Below are positions 59,595 to 64,000 of a DNA stretch of 64,000 bases, in pieces. Within the stretch, counting starts at the first letter, position 1; the number at the start of each line of letters is the position of its first letter. This stretch comes from Candidatus Marinacidobacterales bacterium (GTDB lineage: Bacteria > Acidobacteriota > Vicinamibacteria > Marinacidobacterales > SMYC01), in NCBI GenBank assembly GCA_965224085.1, contig CBDCYI010000005.1:1376001-1440000 (forward strand). The letters are read 5' to 3'. Made by a program: the position numbers and the translations under genes. The notes below the pieces were generated by a model. That model saw only the letters and a list, made by a program, of their open reading frames with translations. It had not been told where the DNA came from and did no database searches.

Positions 59595-61430
59595 ATGCGA
59601 AGACACGTTGTCGCGACACTGCTACTGTCCATGATTGTTGCATCGGAGGCCTGCCGCGACTCGACGCCCGCCGCACCGCCCCAGGACTTGATGGACGAAA
59701 CCTACCTCGTGTTGTCTCCCGGCGGTGACGAAGATTGGGTGTCGCCGGTAGCACTGGGTGGCGAAAGCCGCCCCGCGCTCATCGCAAGAACGCCGGCAGA
59801 GTTTCGTTACCGCGTGCACGTCCCTGAGCGGGCGACGCTGACCTTCGCTCTCGGAATTCTGCAAGCGCCGGGAACGACCAGTGAGGAAGACGTGCCGCTT
59901 CCGGGCAACCGCATGCGCTTCGAAGTGCGGGCCGGCGAGGACGGTGCAAACGAGCTTCTCTTCGAGCGCCAGATCCACGTGGCGCGACGTGGACAATGGA
60001 TCGAGCAGGAAGTAGATTTGCGCAGGCTATCGGGGCGCGAAGTGTGGCTCGTGTTCCAGTCGTCTTTTCCCGGCGCGGAAGATCGAGAGGAGCCGCTCCC
60101 GCTCATCGGTGTTTTCGGCGACCCGGTCCTTCATGACCGCGCGCGATTTCGTGAGGGCCGCGGGGTCGTGCTCGTGTCCATCGACACGCTGCGGCGCGAC
60201 CATATGAGCATCTACGGTTATCCCCGCAAGACGACGCCCGGGCTCGAGGCCTTTGCGACGGAAGCGATCGTGTTCGACGACGCGGTTAGCACGTCCTCGT
60301 GGACACTCCCGGCTCATGCGTCGCTGTTCACGTCGACCTATCCGAGCGTTCACGGCGCCGTGAACTTGAACGTCGGGCTCTCACGATCCTGGCCCAACCT
60401 CGCGACGCTCTTTCGGGAGCGCGGTTTTACCACGCAGGCGATGGTGACCCACATCTATCTCGCCCCCGAATACGGCCTAGATGAAGGCTTCGATCGCCAT
60501 CAATACTTGCCGGAGACGCGTGCGGAACAGCTCACCGATCGCGCCGTGCGTTTCTTGTCGGCCATGGGCGACCGGGACTTCTTTCTCTTCGTTCATTACT
60601 ACGATCCACATTGGCATTACGACCCACCACCGCCCTACGACACAGAGTTCGACCCATCCTATGAGGGCAAAATGTCAGGTCTGTGGTGGGAATTCAAAGA
60701 GCTCGAAGCGGACGAAGTCGACGCGCGCGACCTCCATCACGTCAAAGCGCTCTATGACGGTGAGATTCTCTATACCGACCGGCATGTCGAGCGCCTCTTT
60801 CGCGAGATGAAGTCGCTAGGGATTTTCGACAAGAGTGTCATCGTCGTGACCTCGGATCACGGGGAAGAGTTTCTCGAGCACGGCCATTGGGAGCACCAGA
60901 AGACACTCTATGAAGAGCTGCTTCGCATCCCGCTACTCGTGAAGCTCCCGAACGGTAAAGGGCGTGGCCGACGTGTTTCCGAGCAAGTGTCGCTCGTCGA
61001 CGTCGCGCCCACGGTTGTCGAAGCGCTCGCAGTGCCGCGGCCACCCTCATTCCAAGGCCGAAACTTGTTCGAGCTTTTGGGCGGGTCAGAAAAACGCGAG
61101 CCTCGGGAAGCGTGGTCCGAGACCGAGCACACCATCGACCATTCTCGCAAGCTGTCACTGCGACTCGGCGCGGAAGGCCGAAAGGCGATTTTCAGCCTGC
61201 GGGATGCAAGCATCGATGTCGAGCTTTTCGATCTCGCCCGCGACCCCAGTGAGCTCCAAGCGCTCGGCCCCACTCTACTCTACGACAAGACGCGCAAAGC
61301 TTTCGAAAAACGCCTCGAGGAATATCTGCGTGACATGGCGGCGGCGCGCGAAGGCAATCACGATATTCCGGCCGTGGAGCTCGATCCCGAACAGCAGGAA
61401 CGACTTCGCGCTTTAGGCTACATCCGATAG
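59595..61430 (+). CDS. Sulfatase-like / alkaline-phosphatase superfamily enzyme
   Basis: LVSIDTLRRD, SWTLPAHAS, HYYDPH, YDGEI, TSDHGEEF, EHQKTLY, RLRALGY. Confidence 0.9.
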   Translation: MRRHVVATLLLSMIVASEACRDSTPAAPPQDLMDETYLVLSPGGDEDWVSPVALGGESRPALIARTPAEFRYRVHVPERATLTFALGILQAPGTTSEEDVPLPGNRMRFEVRAGEDGANELLFERQIHVARRGQWIEQEVDLRRLSGREVWLVFQSSFPGAEDREEPLPLIGVFGDPVLHDRARFREGRGVVLVSIDTLRRDHMSIYGYPRKTTPGLEAFATEAIVFDDAVSTSSWTLPAHASLFTSTYPSVHGAVNLNVGLSRSWPNLATLFRERGFTTQAMVTHIYLAPEYGLDEGFDRHQYLPETRAEQLTDRAVRFLSAMGDRDFFLFVHYYDPHWHYDPPPPYDTEFDPSYEGKMSGLWWEFKELEADEVDARDLHHVKALYDGEILYTDRHVERLFREMKSLGIFDKSVIVVTSDHGEEFLEHGHWEHQKTLYEELLRIPLLVKLPNGKGRGRRVSEQVSLVDVAPTVVEALAVPRPPSFQGRNLFELLGGSEKREPREAWSETEHTIDHSRKLSLRLGAEGRKAIFSLRDASIDVELFDLARDPSELQALGPTLLYDKTRKAFEKRLEEYLRDMAAAREGNHDIPAVELDPEQQERLRALGYIR

Positions 61431-61557
61431 TCGCGCAAGAATTAAGATAGAAGGAAATTTTTCCTTGTTTTTGCCGCGGGTTTGATATTCTGTACGTGGG
61501 TGGTGTCATTGGACACCGTCGGGAATACGCGTTGAACGACTCTTACTGGTTGCCTGA

Positions 61558-62067
61558 ATGGACGACGAAAGATTTCGCGTACGTAGCGAGCTTTATCGTT
61601 TGCTTCTCGATGAAGAAGCAGGTGCTGCGTCGACGCTCGTCCCTCGCATGCTCGCGGATCCCGATTCACTAACCCCCGAGATTCGCTGGTGCCTCCTGTA
61701 CTTGATTCGGGGCGTCGGCTACCTCGCAGGGCGTAATCGTCTTTTCGGTCAAGACGGCCTTCTCGACACACTCTCCGAAGAGTTCGAGGTTGCGCGGCTG
61801 AGGACTCGGCGTCTGGACAATCTATGGTCTGAGATCGTTCAGGAAGATCCCAATCACTGGATGCAGCGCTACGAATCCACGGAAGTCCATTACTCACTTG
61901 AGGAGCTCGATTGGCTCAACGAGCTGCTCGGCCGTCTTTGGGAAGTGGAGCGTCAGCGCCTCGCTCTCGAAGAGCCGCCCTTGCAGCCCCTCGTGCTCCG
62001 CAAGCGCCTCGTCGCTGCGGGACAGCGCCAGGACCTCCTGGCCAATTTGTTGCTACGACAGAGCTGA
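61558..62067 (+). CDS. Hypothetical protein
   Basis: 169-aa ORF with protein-like helical composition filling the gap; no motif recognised. Confidence 0.5.
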   Translation: MDDERFRVRSELYRLLLDEEAGAASTLVPRMLADPDSLTPEIRWCLLYLIRGVGYLAGRNRLFGQDGLLDTLSEEFEVARLRTRRLDNLWSEIVQEDPNHWMQRYESTEVHYSLEELDWLNELLGRLWEVERQRLALEEPPLQPLVLRKRLVAAGQRQDLLANLLLRQS

Positions 62068-62117
62068 GCCCCTCGGTCACTCCCGGACATAGTCCGGGAC
62101 TTCGTTTGCAACTTGCC

Positions 62118-62923
62118 GGTACTGTCAAATTGAGCTGGTGACTGACAGAATGGTCCAATGAAGACCGATGCGCCAAGCTACCACGGCTATCGATTTCCAC
62201 CGGAAATCATCAGCCACGCCGTCTGGCTCTACCACCGATTCTGCGTGAGCTTTCGAAACGTCGAAGAGCTGCTTGCTCAGCGAGGCATCACGGTTTCCTA
62301 CGAAGCGATCCGACTTTGGTGCATCAAGTTCGGGCCGGAATACGCTCGGCGACTGAAGCGTCGGCAGGGTCGCCTTGGTGACACGTGGCTCCTGGACGAG
62401 GTCCTCATAAAGATACAAGGCGAACGCCAATACCTCTGGCGCGCGGTAGACCAAGATGGTGATGTGATTGATATCCTCGTCCAGCCTCGCCGTGATCAGA
62501 AAGCCGCCAAACGATTCTTCCGCAAGCTGTTGAAAGGGCAAGGCCGTCCGCCCTGGCAGCTGGTCACCGACAAACTGAGAAGCTACAGCGCCGCTCACCG
62601 CGAGGTCATGCCGTCCGTCGTCCACGACACTGACCAGTACAGAAACAACCTAGCCGAAGTCTCGCACGAACCGACGCGACAACGGGAACGACAGATGCGG
62701 AAGTTTAAAGCTCCTGGGCAGGCGCAACGATTCTTGACCGTGCATGGACTCGTGCAAAACCTCTTTCGCGTCGGACGGCATTTGTTGCAAGCGCATCATC
62801 ATCGGGAGCTACGAGACCGCGCTTTCATCGTCTGGCAGGAGGTAACCTGTGCCGTCCGATGAGAGCAAAGGAAATCAGCTCGACGCAATAGGTTCGCTCG
62901 CTCAACGTCAACTTGACAATACC
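62118..62923 (+). mobile_element. IS6-family element copy 2, intact (806 bp)
   Basis: Left IR GGTACTGTCAAATTGA, right IR TCAACTTGACAATACC; near-identical to copy 1. Confidence 0.97.
62158..62862 (+). CDS. IS6 family DDE transposase
   Basis: Same protein as 27349-28053 except F/L and T/A substitutions. Confidence 0.97.
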   Translation: MKTDAPSYHGYRFPPEIISHAVWLYHRFCVSFRNVEELLAQRGITVSYEAIRLWCIKFGPEYARRLKRRQGRLGDTWLLDEVLIKIQGERQYLWRAVDQDGDVIDILVQPRRDQKAAKRFFRKLLKGQGRPPWQLVTDKLRSYSAAHREVMPSVVHDTDQYRNNLAEVSHEPTRQRERQMRKFKAPGQAQRFLTVHGLVQNLFRVGRHLLQAHHHRELRDRAFIVWQEVTCAVR

Positions 62924-63306
62924 CGTCACGACCACGACCGTATCTTTGATGATCACGGCGAACTCACAGTCGGAACAGTCTGCGAAGCCGAAGAACAGAC
63001 CTCGAACGTCGACACCGCCGCCCCGTCCGCTATTGCCGTCATCATCACCGTCGCTGTTGTCGCTGCTGTCGTCGCTGCTGTTGTCGTCCTTGCTGCTGTT
63101 CTCGCTAGGATCGTCGCTTGGGTCGTCATGACTGCTGATGCCTGCCCTCTGACTCGACGCTCCTGTCGTTTCCAAAGTCCCCAATGCCGACCAGGCGGGG
63201 AGGGTGACGTCATCGTTTCCCCATCATGGTCACCGCAGGCAACGAGTGCGCCTGCACATAGAAGCCACAGAATACCGAGCGCGATCCACGTCATTCGTCT
63301 TGTCAT
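62924..63306 (-). pseudogene. Lipoprotein with Asp/Ser-rich linker, frameshifted and truncated by IS6
   Basis: LVAC lipobox; shift near 63190; SHDDPSDD...DDDGNSG linker; reading runs into the IS6 right IR. Confidence 0.65.
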
Positions 63307-63507
63307 CGAAGTCTCCTCGGGGGACCCAAACGAGCCGGCGTGCGAACTCAGGCACGACGACCAACGGGCGCGCTATTCGGTTTTCCTCAGTGCAGGTGCA
63401 TTGTCCCTGAAGAATGCTTCAGCGTCTGTGATATCGAGCACCACGGCGTGGTCTGAGACTCACGATGAGACCGTGACGGACGCGACGATCGCAGCTGGAC
63501 CGTAGAC

Positions 63508-64000
63508 CTAGTGAATCCGACTGGTCTTCCGCTTAACGTAGTCCATCAGCACGTATTGCCCCAGTTGAGCGGGGGTCGTGAAATAAGCCTTGCCTTGGAC
63601 GATCTCAGTGACTTTCTTCACAAAGCCCACAAGGGAGTAGTCGCGGGCGAGCATGAACGTGTTGATCATGATCCCTTTGCGGCGGCACTCGACGACTTGT
63701 TTGAGCGTCTGGTCGAGGATGAGCGGGTCGAGGCCGAAGGGGTTTTTGTAAATGCGGCCGTCTTCGAGCGTGAGCGCCGACGGTTTGCCATCCGTAATCA
63801 TGATGATTTGCCGCATGTCGGAGCGTTGGCGCATGAGGATCTCTTGTGCGAGCCGGAGCCCCTCGGCCGTGTTCGTATGGAACGGGCCGACTTGAACTCT
63901 GGCGAGACGGGACAAGGGCACTTCCTCGGCGCTATCGTGAAACAGCACCAAGTGCAGCTTGTCTCCTGGAAATTGAGTGCGGATGAGATGCGACAGCGCG
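63508..64000 (-). CDS. VWA-domain protein, C-terminal part (starts beyond window)
   Basis: [28 protein letters not shown]; frame open to the window edge. Confidence 0.88.
   Translation of the reverse strand, partial: ALSHLIRTQFPGDKLHLVLFHDSAEEVPLSRLARVQVGPFHTNTAEGLRLAQEILMRQRSDMRQIIMITDGKPSALTLEDGRIYKNPFGLDPLILDQTLKQVVECRRKGIMINTFMLARDYSLVGFVKKVTEIVQGKAYFTTPAQLGQYVLMDYVKRKTSRIH

Noticed and set aside
25638-62923. Composite transposon with an 8-bp target duplication
   Set aside because: Outer flanks TTGTTCGG and CGTCACGA do not match

Overview
GC-rich bacterial chromosomal window. The gene repertoire (CRTAC1/ASPIC-UnbV proteins, Oar-like TonB receptor, PEP-CTERM protein, sigma-54 systems) suggests Acidobacteriota or a similar diderm; this is inference. 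It opens with tRNA-Leu-tig-clpP-clpX, followed by a patchwork of secreted hydrolases and gene remnants, an M16/TPR/CRTAC1/TonB-receptor/metallohydrolase locus, glycosyltransferases, a group-2-like sigma-70 factor, an IS-rich scar (ISNCY + IS200), an SBP-kinase-NtrC operon, three GT-C-like membrane proteins, rnhA, an ABC-F, a TPR/FG-GAP protein and a sulfatase-like enzyme. The most striking signal is an IS110 element (25642-27314) inserted precisely at the CT in the left terminal inverted repeat (GGTA-CT-GTCAAA) of an IS6 element. Its non-coding end carries guide-like segments matching that IS6 repeat and its own end, as expected for a bridge RNA. A second, intact IS6 copy at 62118-62923 shows the empty target. 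Several single-base frameshifts in homopolymer runs may be assembly errors. All family calls come from motif recognition, not database searches.
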